From Octopus bimaculoides (Eukaryota): a DNA stretch of 64,000 bases. The translations under genes and the position numbers were made by a program. The notes under the pieces were generated by a model. The model worked only from the letters and a program-made list of their open reading frames with translations. It was not told where the DNA came from and did no database searches. The stretch spans positions 28,988,486-29,052,485 of the forward strand of contig NC_068981.1 in assembly GCF_001194135.2 (NCBI RefSeq), written 5' to 3'. Each line of letters begins with the position of its first letter. The stretch's first letter is position 1. Positions 1 to 13,599 of this stretch are shown here, piece after piece.

Positions 1-1350
1 GTATTAGAGAAAGAGAGAGACAGAGAGAAATGGCTCACGAGTTGGTTATATTTCTGCTAGGGCAGAGAGTATTTTTATCGTTTTCTGTTTCGGGTTTTTT
101 TTGTTTTTTTCATATTTAACATGCTGGTGTTTTCCAGATTCAAAATTATATAATATTTCACCTAAGTATCGTCTTCTTGCACCAGTATACCATCCGGCCC
201 TTGGTTGAAATTATCAGATTTTCTTACTATATGCATTTAGGGATAGAACCTGCATACATTGAAATGAAGGGATTCTGCCACATCAATCACAAGCTTCGGT
301 GAGATTGGAATGGTAATGGGGTCTGTTGGTTTTCTCATGGCTTTTGTAAAGTTCGCAGGAATTTATTGAGATTGTCAAGGACATTTAGCCTGAGAATGCA
401 ATGCTCCTACTCTGAAAAGGATAAGAATCTGTGGCAGAATCGCAGAATTAATCTCCAGGTGCCACAAGTACTCATTTTCAACGGAGAGTGTTGGAACATG
501 AAATGAAATGGCTTGTCAAAAGTGCGTGTCACGGTGGAACGCACCTGTGTCTCCCCATGACTTACTCATGCATAAATAAAAGAAAAAAAATATCATTCAT
601 TTCAGGCACATGACAGAGCGCTTCTCTGACATGAGTTTGATTCGATCTGAAAACAGTAAATCATTAAATAAATATTCCGTCATGATAGTCATAATACTCA
701 AGGCTGACAAACGGACTCATAGTTGCTTGTCTTCTTGAGACACTTCTTCTGTTGGCCGTTGCTGCAACTCCTCCACTCGCTTAGAGGTGCAGTATCAATA
801 CAACCATTCATATACGTTAGGCCACCAGCTGAGTATATACAAGCGCATGAGAGATTTAGTAGAAGGGTGAGAGCTAGAGATGTATTTCTACCTTAAGATG
901 TAGGGAGAAGCATGCTAGACACCAAAAATACTATCTCTGCAACACTGATGCTGTTCGTGCATTAAACGGTGGGGCTTATTAATTACCCAGCAACATACAA
1001 TCGAGTTTTTGTAAATTCTGACGCTTCAGACTGTTCCTTACAATCCATTCTCATTCTATTTATTTTACTTGTTCTAATCTTATTAGAATTTCGTTTATCG
1101 TTCCTTCCATTCGATCAAAGTCGATAAAATAAGAACTGTTTGAAAGTCAAAAGAAAACCAGATATCGCATGATATTCAGAATAACATTTCTCATTAGAAC
1201 GTTTTAAATTAAAAGTTTCCGTTTAAATACACAATAATGTAGGATAAAATATATATCAAAGACGCAAAAAACGTCTCAGAATATCTCATTCGTGATTAAT
1301 CAGAACGTATTTTCTTTTCTTTTCTGCTTTTTATTTATGTCATTTTCTAT

Positions 1351-1388
<38 letters not shown>

Positions 1389-1698
1389 CTTAATAATGAA
1401 ATGTTTTATTATTTAATTATTAGAAGCAGGTGGGTTTTGTTTTCCGAAACATATAGTTTCCGAAACTAAAGCATAATAATGACAATTACATGTAAAACTT
1501 AGCCGTGATTTATATACTTTAAGTGAGATCTTTTTTTAATTTTTGTGTGACAATGAAATTTACTACCAACGCATTTTGTATAACTCATATCCTGTTGCAA
1601 TTTATTTTAGATGGTGAGGTAATTTATACTGAATATTCTGACATCACTTTGTGATATTGTTTCTTTTCTGTTTCACACACATACCCATACATACATAC

Positions 1699-1735
<37 letters not shown>

Positions 1736-2129
1736 NNNNNNNNNNNNNNNNNNNNNNNNNNNNNNNNNNNNNNNNNNNNNNNNNNNNNNNNNNNNNNNNN
1801 NNNNNNNNNNNNNNNNNNNNNNNNNNNNNNNNNNNNNNNNNNNNNNNNNNNNNNNNNNNNNNNNNNNNNNNNNNNNNNNNNNNNNNNNNNNNNNNNNNNN
1901 NNNNNNNNNNNNNNNNNNNNNNNNNNNNNNNNNNNNNNNNNNNNNNNNNNNNNNNNNNNNNNNNNNNNNNNNNNNNNNNNNNNNNNNNNNNNNNNNNNNN
2001 NNNNNNNNNNNNNNNNNNNNNNNNNNNNNNNNNNNNNNNNNNNNNNNNNNNNNNNNNNNNNNNNNNNNNNNNNNNNNNNNNNACTATATAAACAAGTCAA
2101 CGATATATGTGTGTGTGTGTGTGTGTGTA

Positions 2130-2700
2130 GGAAATGGTATTCTACAGGGCACTGTCTTAGGGCCATTGCTATTCATAATGGCCCTCTCACACATGCCCTC
2201 AGTTTCTTCGATAGCTCCCCTTGCTAGTTATGCAGTTCACACAAACGTCTCGACAATACAAAATCCTGGAAATATTGCACATCTGCAACGGGAGTTGGAT
2301 GCAATATACAGATGGTCTGAGGACAACAATATGCAGTTTAATGCAGGAAAATTCCACGCCCTAGGCCACCAGTACACAAAGCTCTGTCCCAGGAGGAACT
2401 AAAACCTCTTAATCAAAATTAGTGCGTGACCTGGGCATTGACATGAGTAATGATGCATCTTTTCATGTGCATATTACAAATCTGGTTGGCTGCATGGATC
2501 TGCATGGATCTGTCGAACTTTCAAAGCAGGAGAAAAGAAGACATTGATGATCCTTGGAAGACATACGTCCTCAGCTGCTTAGACTACTGCTCCCAACTAT
2601 GGTCACCACACATTATCAAATCCACGGAGGAACTCGAAGCTATCCAACGAAGTTACACTAAGAAAATCATCTCGATGCGACGTATCAGCCACTGGGAAAG
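2130..2700 (+). mobile_element. CR1/L2-group LINE reverse-transcriptase fragment (decayed, truncated)
   Basis: Translates to GILQGTVLGPLLFIMAL..SYA(DD)T..LQRELDAIYRWSEDNNMQFNAGKF, then VRDLGIDMSND and KTYVLSCLDYCSQLWSPH..ELEAIQRSYTKKI. These match the PQGxVLGPLLF / YADD / LEYCSxxWSP motifs of CR1/Jockey-type RTs. Frameshifts present. Confidence 0.88.
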
Positions 2701-2728
2701 ACATTTGCATTCTATCTATCTATCTATC

Positions 2729-2840
<112 letters not shown>

Positions 2841-5800
2841 GTGTGTGTGTGTATATATGTATATATATGCAGAGAGAGAGAAGGAAATAGGAACGAGACA
2901 CAGGAAGAGATAGATAGATAGATATAAATATATATCTATATGATAATATAGAACGCAGAACATAATCAGAAATATACAAGTAAAGGCACCTATAGTAATT
3001 ACTTCAAAAATTACATTAAAATAATGAAAACAGGAAAACAAATTATAGATGTTAAGAAATAATGAAAGAAAGTAAAAGGGGAAAATAACAAAGAAAGGAA
3101 GAAAGCGGAAAGGAAATAAGTGAGACGTCTGCTGATTAAGAATGAATATCTCGGATTTTATTTCTAGCTGATCATCAGTGTCAATAACTAGAGGAAATCT
3201 AACAGATAAGGACACGGTCTCTATTTATTATTATTGTTTATTTTGTGATATCTGAGACTATATTTTATTAGGCAGAAGTATAAAATTATACACAATTTTA
3301 AAGGTATCGGGTCATATAACTGGTGAGCAAGTAAATATAGTATAGCAGTCGAAAGGATAAGAATTCTTATGACTTGCCGTGTGTCCACAGGAAATATAGG
3401 TTTAATTTATTGAAGTTATACATATAAAATTATTTCCAAGGAATTTTTATGCATAATTCCGAAAAGTCAAACTTCAATACTTGACAATGGCTCCTCTGAT
3501 TATAGCAATACAGCAATATTCGTGAGATCGAATTTAGATGAAACAATTGTCAATTGTTGCAATAAAAGAACTTACTCAATCCATTCTCCTTGTCTATAAT
3601 TGTATCTATATCTATATCTATATTTCTACCTATCTTTTTTATCTATCGATTTACCAGTGTGTGTGTGTGTGTGTCTGTGTCTGTGTGTATTGTGTCGGCA
3701 ATATTTGAATTTGTAGGCCTTTCTTTTACTTCTTTATCCTATGCTACAATGGTCTGCTACGCTACGTCTTTACGCTACAGTGGCCTCAAGCCTTATTTGG
3801 GAAAAAAAATCGAAATATAACAAGAAAAACAGACAAAATTAAATATCAAAATGTGTTTAGATTTGCAATTCAATGTCACCGGTAGCTTTGTTATGTCTAC
3901 CATACAGGTTTCTTTGAGTGTCTTGAAAAGACAGCAAAGCAGCAAAATCAGAATGAATACCATTCAGCAATTAGATCCGTCCTAGTATACACTGACCTTA
4001 AATTTCTATGAGTTTTACATATACTTTTATCGTTACATGATCGATAAAGTAGTGACATACGTGAACTACGATGGAAGTAGCAAAATGGAATTCAAATGTC
4101 TATATCCTTTGCCTTAAAATGCTTAGCCTTGTGCCAATACTCTCAGAAATCAATAATTGTTTCTTTTATCTTCGGTAAATAAATATTGGTTTCATTTGAT
4201 GTGTTGTCTATAATATTGATTCCTCACATCAATCTCAGCGCGATTTTGAACTCGGTATGCAGAAGGTCGAAACTGAATGTCTTAAAACGCTCAACCAGTG
4301 ATAATTATAACAACAATAACGAGGAGGAGTAGGTGGGGAGGAGGAGGAGGAGAAAATGAAAAGGAGGTGGATAAAGAAAATGAGGAGAAAAAATAACATG
4401 GTGGTTAGTAAGGATGGTGAGGATGATGATAAACAACAATAGCAACAACCACAGCAACAACAACAACAAAAACATCAACAAAAACAATAGAAATACCAAG
4501 AACAAAAGCCATAGCAACAGTAAGAATAACAATACAACTATTTACTAAAAGATATTCAAAAGTTTTTAATGTTGAACTAATCATATCGTAGAATACAAAA
4601 AATAAATAAACGAAAAAAAAAAATTCAAGAGAGAATTTAGTGTTTGTGGAGAGAATTGTTATAATAAAACTGATGATTTAGGAAACATTGCTAAAGTTCA
4701 TATCAAACAAAACTTTCCACGTTTTGTTTTATTTCTCTTGTATTTTCTTTTGTTTTTATTTAAACAAACTGAACAAATATATGTGTTAAGTTCAGTTAAA
4801 ACCAATATCGAAAACAATGTAAATTTATCGCACCGTAAAATTCAATTATCTTTTCAAATAATTAAATAAAACTTGAACACTATTAACAGTTGTTCACTGA
4901 GACATTAATATTTTTTCTGATAGAACGTCACCAAGTATCATAGTTATTAGTCACCAATACACATTGAAAACAAAGGCCATTTATAAACGTATATGAGTGA
5001 TACTGACTTCGAATTTAAAGGTAAATATGCGTTTGTTGTTAAAAATATGCGACTTTATTTATTGTATTCAGCGATCGCTTTCTCTCTCTTTCTCTTTCGC
5101 TCATTCTCTGTCTGTTAATATAATCTTATACTTTCTTTCTTTTCCTTTGTCAAACTATTATTTTTATGATGTTCAATTTGATAGTAAACACACAGAACAG
5201 AAGAAAAAAAACATAAATAAATAACTAGTAGTAAAATAATGTTTTAATATCTCTGAATTAAATTAAAGATTTCTTATGCTGAGTTGTAGAAAGTTTAAAT
5301 TCACTGGCAACATATTTTATCTTTCCATAGTGAGTGAAGCTTGAGTTCAAAGACCGATAATGACACACAAACGCGCACACACATAGACACTCATACACAC
5401 ACGTATACAAACATTCACAAACATTCACACACGTTTCGCCATGAAGTAGTTTACTCGAACATTTCCAATTAAGTTTTCTCTCTCTCTTTCTATATATATA
5501 TATATATATATCTGGACAGAGAAACATAAATAAAAATATTCATTTAACAATTCGTACTCAGTTCTCTATCAGATAGGTACTCAATTACAACTAATACTTC
5601 GTAAAGTGTATATGTGTGTGAGTGTGTTCTCGGGATTCACTGCTGGGACGACGTTCACACGTTTCCATAGATGTTTTTAACACAATATATCTTAGATAAG
5701 TATTTGTTTGAGACAAAGCCCATAGTATGGATGTGCATACGTTAAGTATGATACACAGATGGCTATATTATATATTTATATAAATATATACACATATATG

Positions 5801-5896
<96 letters not shown>

Positions 5897-7162
5897 GAGA
5901 GAGAGAGAGAGAGAGGGGAGAGACAGAGCTGACATACCACATAAAAACAAAATGAAATAGACTAGACAAGAGGAGACACATGGAACAGAGAGTCGTTGAA
6001 GAAGTCATAGAATACGTGGCGAAAAATTAGCAATAACAATACAATATTGAAGATCGAATAACCAAATAGTGCGTATGTTTGGTTTAATTGGCAAAATATG
6101 ACAATCCCGCATGTATTAGAATATTTGTTTCAACACACGTTTTCACATCAAGAATCATGCAAAACAAATACTTATAAATATAACGAGTATCACTAGGAAT
6201 CATTCAAGTTTAATGGTTAAACTAAGTTATGTTTGGATTAGGCGTATCCTCATGTTGCAAGACACGAATGATTACCGGTTAATTTGAGACATAATAAAAT
6301 TCGATAGTTAGAAGAGCAGATGAATATCTGTGTGGTGAGGAATAATTTAGGCGTTCAGTAGGTCAGGTTAATTGCCTTGTATTGTCAATAATTGTCTTCT
6401 GAAAATAGCATGTCTTTATAATTCAATTACGGGAAAATGAAGTGAATGAGCAAAGTGTGGTTTATACACTCACTCATATATATGTATGCACAAACCCAAC
6501 TGCACGAGCACGCGAGCGATCATAATTACTTACGCCTCTGAATATGATATGCGTATGTAAATATATTCATTTAACACATGTACACCTATCATATAGGCAC
6601 ACTGTTACGCATACGCATGCATCTGTACATCTATAATTACATTCATGTGATCGTACACAAATGAGTGTATGATAATCTGTATTTCCATCAGTGTTTCCCT
6701 AATAGCGTTTCTGATATGGACAGGTAGTGTAGAATAATAAAAAGACGAGTAAAATTCACAAAGAAAATGCTAATGTAGAAGTGCAAAATAAGTCTAGGAG
6801 TGCAATAGTGATAGTTCTGTGGGACTGAAAATTTCCAGTTGTATAAAATATATTTGACCACATGCGAACACATGGCGACACTCATCTTGTTTAAGGTTCA
6901 GGCAGTTTTCCATATTCTTCGATCTAAAAGGGTACTCTATATTTTCCTGAATTTTTAAAAACCGCTTATATACTCCAATACATACATAGGACTATTCGAA
7001 AATATCTATAGATGAAAACAATAAAATGTTATGGGTATAAAATTTCCAATTACTTATCAATTGAAATATTTAAAGAAAAAAGTATATATTTTACTGTTTT
7101 CTCCTCATAGTAATGTTGAAAATTTCTACCTTGCTGCTTTTTTCATTGAAATCGAGAAATTG

Positions 7163-7955
7163 CCGTAAATCCTCGAGTATATTCCGCCTTTTTTTACCCA
7201 AAATTTAAAGGTCAAAATCCCTAGTGCGTACTATATACGAGGTTAAAAATGAAAAATATTTTTTAAGCAATGTCCGAACTTCTATTTGCTGTCCGGCAAT
7301 GTTTATTCAGACGCATTTTTTTATGTCGGGCGCGAAAATACCTTAAGCTAAGCCTAAAAGCAATGAAGTCATAAAAGAATCATCCATAACTTGCAGTAAG
7401 CAACATTTATTAAAATAAAAGTTTTGTATATCGTCTGCACTGGATGGTACTCAGGATGACGTTGTATGGAAAGATGAAATATATGAAAGTGAATCTTCTG
7501 ATATTGACTATGAATCTGACGATGACGGAAATTTACACTACAATGATGCTGACATGTTTACGGAGGAACAAATGGAACAGTTATCTGATGCTGAAAGTGA
7601 CGTTGAATTTGAAGGATTTGAGTAAATGCTTTTGCTTTTGTAACTGATAATGATAAATATTTGAAGGCAATTTACTTGATATTTATTTTTCACTGACGTT
7701 ATTGCTGTTATTTCTTTATTTTCTGCAAAGTGCACAAAAAAAGCAACATGTTTGCATTGTTATATATAAAATAATAATAAATGACATTACCGTATATATG
7801 TTTACAAACCAGTGGGCGTTATATAGACCTCCTTGACTCAAGTTAGAGAAGGGGTGCGTATTATACACAAGGTTTAGGTTTTTCAGAGGTACACCCCCCC
7901 CTAAAAATCCGATGCGTATTATACTCAAGGGCGGACTATACTCGAGGATTTACGG
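7163..7955 (+). mobile_element. Internally deleted Tc1/mariner-superfamily (Tc2/pogo-like) DNA transposon
   Basis: 26-bp TIRs CCGTAAATCCTCGAGTATA(T/G)TCCGCC at 7163-7188 and 7930-7955 (1 mismatch), with subterminal TGCGTATTATAC-type repeats. Interior encodes KFCISSALDGTQDDVVWKDE...SDAESDVEFEGFE*, resembling the acidic C-terminal tail of pogo/Tc2 DDE transposases. The TA TSD is imperfect. Confidence 0.8.
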
Positions 7956-8922
7956 TTAAGTGCAAAAATACTAGAATTACACAGGGCTCCCCATAAAAAC
8001 TACTTTCATTCGAATAAAAATATGTGGATAAGCTTCTGCTTGCCCACTTTTTATCTATAAAATATCATCTTACTCTCGTTTTTCAACCGATTATCAATTT
8101 AGACTTGTCAGAAACTCTCTTGAACACTTTTTTAGAACTAATTATTACGGTTCTTTTTTTGGAGCCATCTTGAATAGAGTAAAATTATAAATTCGCTTCA
8201 AAAGATTTATAAGAAAAGGATTTCTTGCATATATATTCACAATACGTTTTGGTGTATTCTAACGTGAATATGCTATTGGCTGTTGTACTCGTCACATGAG
8301 AACAGCTTCTTTACGCCGAATTTTTGTTCATGACACACTCGACTCCCTAGTAGAAGGGATCCTGGGACGCTGGTATATTAGTTTGGACTTTTTTTTAAGC
8401 TTCTCCTTTGAACTGGATTTGAATACTACTTCTATCTCATCAAGATACTGCATTGCGACTATCTCTTCTAGTTGTTTAAGTAATATTATGGCTGACTGCG
8501 ATCATTCCAAACATATCATCATTTGTCATTTATGCATGAAGAAATCTGTTTTAGTCTTCTTAATCTTATATTCAAATATTTTGCATTTGTGTTTTGCATG
8601 GGTATGTAATTGAGTGTTTTCTGTTAAATTAATGCATTCTTCTTCTTTCTTTATTTTAAACGGGCTTTTATAAACCAACAAATGACAAACGATTAGAACT
8701 AATGCATGATTAGATGTTTCACTAGAGCTGAATCAATTTGCATACAATAATATACTTAACTTGAGAGTTTCAAAATTCGCTTTAAAAAATCGACAAAAAT
8801 CCAGTCCCTATCACAAATGTTGAACAATTCGATTCAGTAATTATTCTTTAAATCTTATTCTCTCGATCAATATACATACATATAAATACTTACATACACA
8901 CACACTCATATATATATATATG

Positions 8923-9133
8923 TTCTTTCTCTTTCATTTGTTTCAGTCATTTGACTGCGGCCATGCTGGAGCACCGCGTTTAGTCGATCAAATCGACCCC
9001 AGTACTTATTCTTTGTAAGCCTAATACTTTTTCTATCGGTCTGAGGCTATAGTAGAAAGCACTTGCCTAAGGTGCCACGTAGTGGGACTGAACCCAGAAT
9101 CATATGGTTGGTAAGCAAGCTACTTACAACACA
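8923..9133 (-). mobile_element. tRNA-derived SINE family A, internally deleted copy
   Basis: Shares the tail (CAGTCATTTGACTGCGGCCATGCTGGAGCACCGC) and head (GTGGGACTGAACCC, reverse B-box) with the complete copy at 33240-33630. The middle is missing. Confidence 0.85.
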
Positions 9134-10047
9134 NNNNNNNNNNNNNNNNNNNNNNNNNNNNNNNNNNNNNNNNNNNNNNNNNNNNNNNNNNNNNNNNNNN
9201 NNNNNNNNNNNNNNNNNNNNNNNNNNNNNNNNNNNNNNNNNNNNNNNNNNNNNNNNNNNNNNNNNNNNNNNNNNNNNNNNNNNNNNNNNNNNNNNNNNNN
9301 NNNNNNNNNNNNNNNNNNNNNNNNNNNNNNNNNNNNNNNNNNNNNNNNNNNNNNNNNNNNNNNNNNNNNNNNNNNNNNNNNNNNNNNNNNNNNNNNNNNN
9401 NNNNNNNNNNNNNNNNNNNNNNNNNNNNNNNNNNNNNNNNNNNNNNNNNNNNNNNNNNNNNNNNNNNNNNNNNNNNNNNNNNNNNNNNNNNNNNNNNNNN
9501 NNNNNNNNNNNNNNNNNNNNNNNNNNNNNNNNNNNNNNNNNNNNNNNNNNNNNNNNNNNNNNNNNNNNNNNNNNNNNNNNNNNNNNNNNNNNNNNNNNNN
9601 NNNNNNNNNNNNNNNNNNNNNNNNNNNNNNNNNNNNNNNNNNNNNNNNNNNNNNNNNNNNNNNNNNNNNNNNNNNNNNNNNNNNNNNNNNNNNNNNNNNN
9701 NNNNNNNNNNNNNNNNNNNNNNNNNNNNNNNNNNNNNNNNNNNNNNNNNNNNNNNNNNNNNNNNNNNNNNNNNNNNNNNNNNNNNNNNNNNNNNNNNNNN
9801 NNNNNNNNNNNNNNNNNNNNNNNNNNNNNNNNNNNNNNNNNNNNNNNNNNNNNNNNNNNNNNNAGGTAGGTATATGTACGCATTTGTCGACCCGTGGCTA
9901 CAGTAGAAACACGTTCTCAATGCGTTGCGCTGTGGGTATGAACCCGTTACCAGGTGTTTGCAGAATGAACTTCTTAATCAAACTGAAATTCCTTTGTTAT
10001 GACTTTACACTTATTCTACCAGAATTATGTCAATATTATTGAATAAA

Positions 10048-10268
10048 AGGGTGGCGATCTGGCAGAATCGTTAGCACGCCGGGTGAAATGCATAGCGGTA
10101 TTTCGTCTGCCACTGCGTTCTAAGTTCAAATTCCGCCGAGGTCGATTTTGCCTTTCATCCTTTCGGGGTCGATAAATTGAGTACCAGTTACGTACTGGGG
10201 TCGATCTAATAGACTGGCCCCTTCCCCAAAAATGTCAGGCCTTGTGCGTAGACTAGAAAAGAATATTA
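10048..10268 (+). mobile_element. tRNA-like SINE family B, full length
   Basis: Head GGTGGCGATCTGGCAGAATCGTTAGCACG..GTTCAAATTCC (A/B-box-like), central GCCGAGGTCGATTTTGCCTTTCATCCTTTCGGGGTCGATAAATT, 3' end AGAAAAGAATATT. AATATTATTG occurs on both sides. More than 10 related copies in the window. Confidence 0.9.
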
Positions 10269-10861
10269 TTGCGTAAAACGCATAAATCACTCGAATTTAC
10301 AACAAAGTGACACAGTTATAATATAATTGTGCATTTCATATCAATATTTTAATGAAAAAACAGAAATTATAAGGACTGAATTTTCAATAACAAGTCAATA
10401 ATATCATAAACGATATATCTATAAAATAATGACTCTTCCCAGACACAACAGAATATGAAATATAATTTTACTCTCATTCTATTTAGAAGAACTATCGCTT
10501 TCGACAAGATAAGAGTTGTTAAATCAAAAGGTTTGATTCCTTATATTTTGCGCGTGGAAATTAAAACAAATGTAGGGCACATAAAAAATTATCTTTGTAC
10601 AAAGAAATTCTAGTATTTTCACTGAGTACTATATACAAGAATATCAGAAGTCTTGTTTGATAGATGGAAAGTGGTGATTTGGTTTCTGTTAAATGGGTAG
10701 CAATAATAAACGAAATGGCAGAAAAATAGTTGATTCAACATCGTCTTCCCTTTAATATAATTGTAACTTCATGACAGAAGATAAAGAAATTCTGAGAACA
10801 AAACAGAAACGGGCGATTGTTGTTATAACGTATACACACACACATTTAGACAAACATATAT

Positions 10862-10955
<94 letters not shown>

Positions 10956-11296
10956 ATGTATGTATGTATGTATGTATGTATGTATCAATGTATATGTGCA
11001 TGTATGTATATATACTTACATATGAATATATGTATACCGTATTTCTTCATTTATATTCCTTCAGTGTTGTTTTTATTGTTCATTGCATTTACACTATATG
11101 TGTGTGCGTGTGTGTGTGCTTGCACTGTGTGCGTAGATATATATATATACCTAGACATATATACACATATATTCGTGTATTTATTTATTTTGATGTTTTC
11201 TATATGTCTAAATATTTACATATACGTAACTGTATGTGCCATTCTCTCATCCTTTCTCTCTTTCTCTCTCACTATCTCTCTCTCTCTATCCATATA

Positions 11297-11333
<37 letters not shown>

Positions 11334-11352
11334 GTGAATATATGTATGTATA

Positions 11353-11383
<31 letters not shown>

Positions 11384-12133
11384 GGAGGGAGTCTTTCTTT
11401 GTGAGTGTGTATTTTCATTAATATGAATATGTCTATGTGCACGTGTGTATGTGTGTGTGTGTAGATGTGTATTCTTACACAAACTCACATCAATAAGCAA
11501 CTTCTAGTAAGATTTACAACGGTAGATATGTTTATTTTAGTTGACTCTGGTAATATATTAGTTAGTTCTGGTTGCCTTTGTGGTAAAAGAAAAGATTTAT
11601 CTTAGTTGTCCTTTCTTTTTCCATAGATATACGATCCTGTAGATTTAGAGAATAGTCGATCTTTCAGATTTGATTATTTTTTGTAGATTATTTTTACTTA
11701 TTCACTTTAAGCGGGAGGGCGAAAATTCTGTGTTTGTGTTTCAAATCTCCACTTATTAGGAACTTTGATTCTTCAAGCTCTTTGTGTGGTCTTGTATGTA
11801 TATATATTGCTATTCGTTAAATTCAAGAGGCTCTATTACACTTATCAGTGTAATCAAACCTTAAAAAACTCTCTTATTTAATTAATCTAGTTATCGGGGA
11901 TAATTATCTCCCGAAAGCCAAAACAAAAGCACCTATATTAATAATAGTTCATTTCAAAATGCATAAAGTAAAAATTCAAATATTAATGCTAATACAAAAA
12001 CTCAAATATATCTAAATTTAATCATTGTTTCTATTATTTGTTGAAGTTATGAATCTTCATTTTACTCATTAACACGGTATTTCACAATCTTCTTTATCTT
12101 TTGAGTTCATATATGTGTGTGTGTATGTGTGTG

Positions 12134-12177
<44 letters not shown>

Positions 12178-12300
12178 NNNNNNNNNNNNNNNNNNNNNNN
12201 NNNNNNNNNNNNNNNNNNNNNNNNNNNNNNNNNNNNNNNNNNNNNNNNNNNNNNNNNNNNNNNNNNNNNNNNNNNNNNNNNNNNNNNNNNNNNNNTAATA

Positions 12301-12335
<35 letters not shown>

Positions 12336-12340
12336 AATAA

Positions 12341-12607
12341 CCCTTTCTACTATACGCACAAGGCTTGAAATTTTGAGGAAGGGGACCTAGTCGATTACAT
12401 CGATTCCAGTATTCAACTGGTACTAAATATATCGACCCAGAAAGGATGAAAGCCAAAGTCAACCTCGGTGGAATTTCAAATCAGAGCGAAGCGATGAGCG
12501 AAGCGATGAGCGANNNNNNNNNNAGCGAAGCGATGAGCGAAGCGATGAGCGAAATGCCACCAAGCATTTCATCCAGCGTGCTAACGATTCTGCAACATCG
12601 CCACCTT
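12341..12607 (-). mobile_element. SINE family B containing an internal 12-bp tandem repeat
   Basis: Reverse-complement match to family B. GAGCGAAGCGAT units are repeated at ~12484-12553 across a 10-N gap. Confidence 0.85.
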
Positions 12608-12799
12608 AATAATAATAATAATGATAATAATAATAATAATATATTCTTTAACTTCACCAGGATCGATATTATGATTATGCACACGATTCATCAGCATCAT
12701 TATCATTATCATCACATGATTGTGATTTTCTTTGTTTTCATCAGCATCATCATCAGTATTACCAGCAATGTGTTGAACATATGTGCATGAATATTATCG

Positions 12800-12839
<40 letters not shown>

Positions 12840-12840
12840 G

Positions 12841-12872
<32 letters not shown>

Positions 12873-12873
<1 letters not shown>

Positions 12874-13050
12874 AGGCGGCGAGCTGGCAGAATCGTGGGC
12901 ACGGAATGCTTAGCGGTATTTCGCCCGTCCCCACATTCTGAGTTCAAATTCCGTCGAGGTCGTCTTTGCCTTTCATCCTTCCGGTGTTGATGAATTAAGT
13001 GCCAGTGAAACACTGATGCCGATGTATTCGACTTAATCCCCTCGAAATCA
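12873..13050 (+). mobile_element. SINE family B
   Basis: AAGGCGGCGAGCTGGCAGAATCG..GAGTTCAAATTCCGTCGAGGTCGTCTTTGCCTTTCATCCTTCCGG. Confidence 0.88.
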
Positions 13051-13599
13051 TTATTATTATTATCCTTATTTTCATTAGCATCTTCTTTCAATTTTGTTTC
13101 CATCTCTTGCCAAGCGTCTTCCTGATACCTAGGACAGAGAAATGTACCGTATTCTTCTTCTTCTTCTTCTTATTATTATTAATATTATTATTATTATTAT
13201 CATCATCATTATTATTATTATTATTATTATTATAAATAATAAAGACAAATACTCATTTTTAGGCCAATGATATGATAGATTTCAAATGGAATCAGATAAC
13301 ATGTGTCTGCTTTTCACTCCGTTCATTTACGTCCTGAGTTGAAATACTTTTATGATTGATTTTGTTTTTCCATTTTAAGTGATACAATGAATGCATGTAT
13401 TGCCAAAGAGGGCTCTAATCGGCTTTAACTTCCATATGTTAAAACATTGATAGGACAATAATCGAATTAATTCATGTCAAATTCATTCAAAAACATTGAA
13501 TCAATACACATTTTATTGTATCATTCGGAAAAGAGTTGAGAATTAATGGTTACTAAAATTGTATGCGAACAGAACTACTCAAACATTATTTTTCAGGAA

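Noticed and set aside
1611-1618. Other mini-exon-like signals: ATG or ATGGTGAG here, CAT at 17196-17198, 16 nt at 32274-32289
   Set aside because: Weaker tracts or non-frame-preserving lengths. Their number shows the chance background for such patterns in AT-rich DNA.
1624-2166. Long ORFs in the track made of X runs or YI/HT/CV/RE/II repeats (here and throughout)
   Set aside because: They are translations of N gaps and microsatellites, not genes.
7982-8700. CAGGGCTCCC.. start resembling a Tc1/mariner TIR with possible coding remnants
   Set aside because: No matching second TIR or convincing transposase motif found.
12484-12553. Regular short repeat as a possible CRISPR array
   Set aside because: Head-to-tail 12-mers without spacers, in a eukaryotic SINE context.
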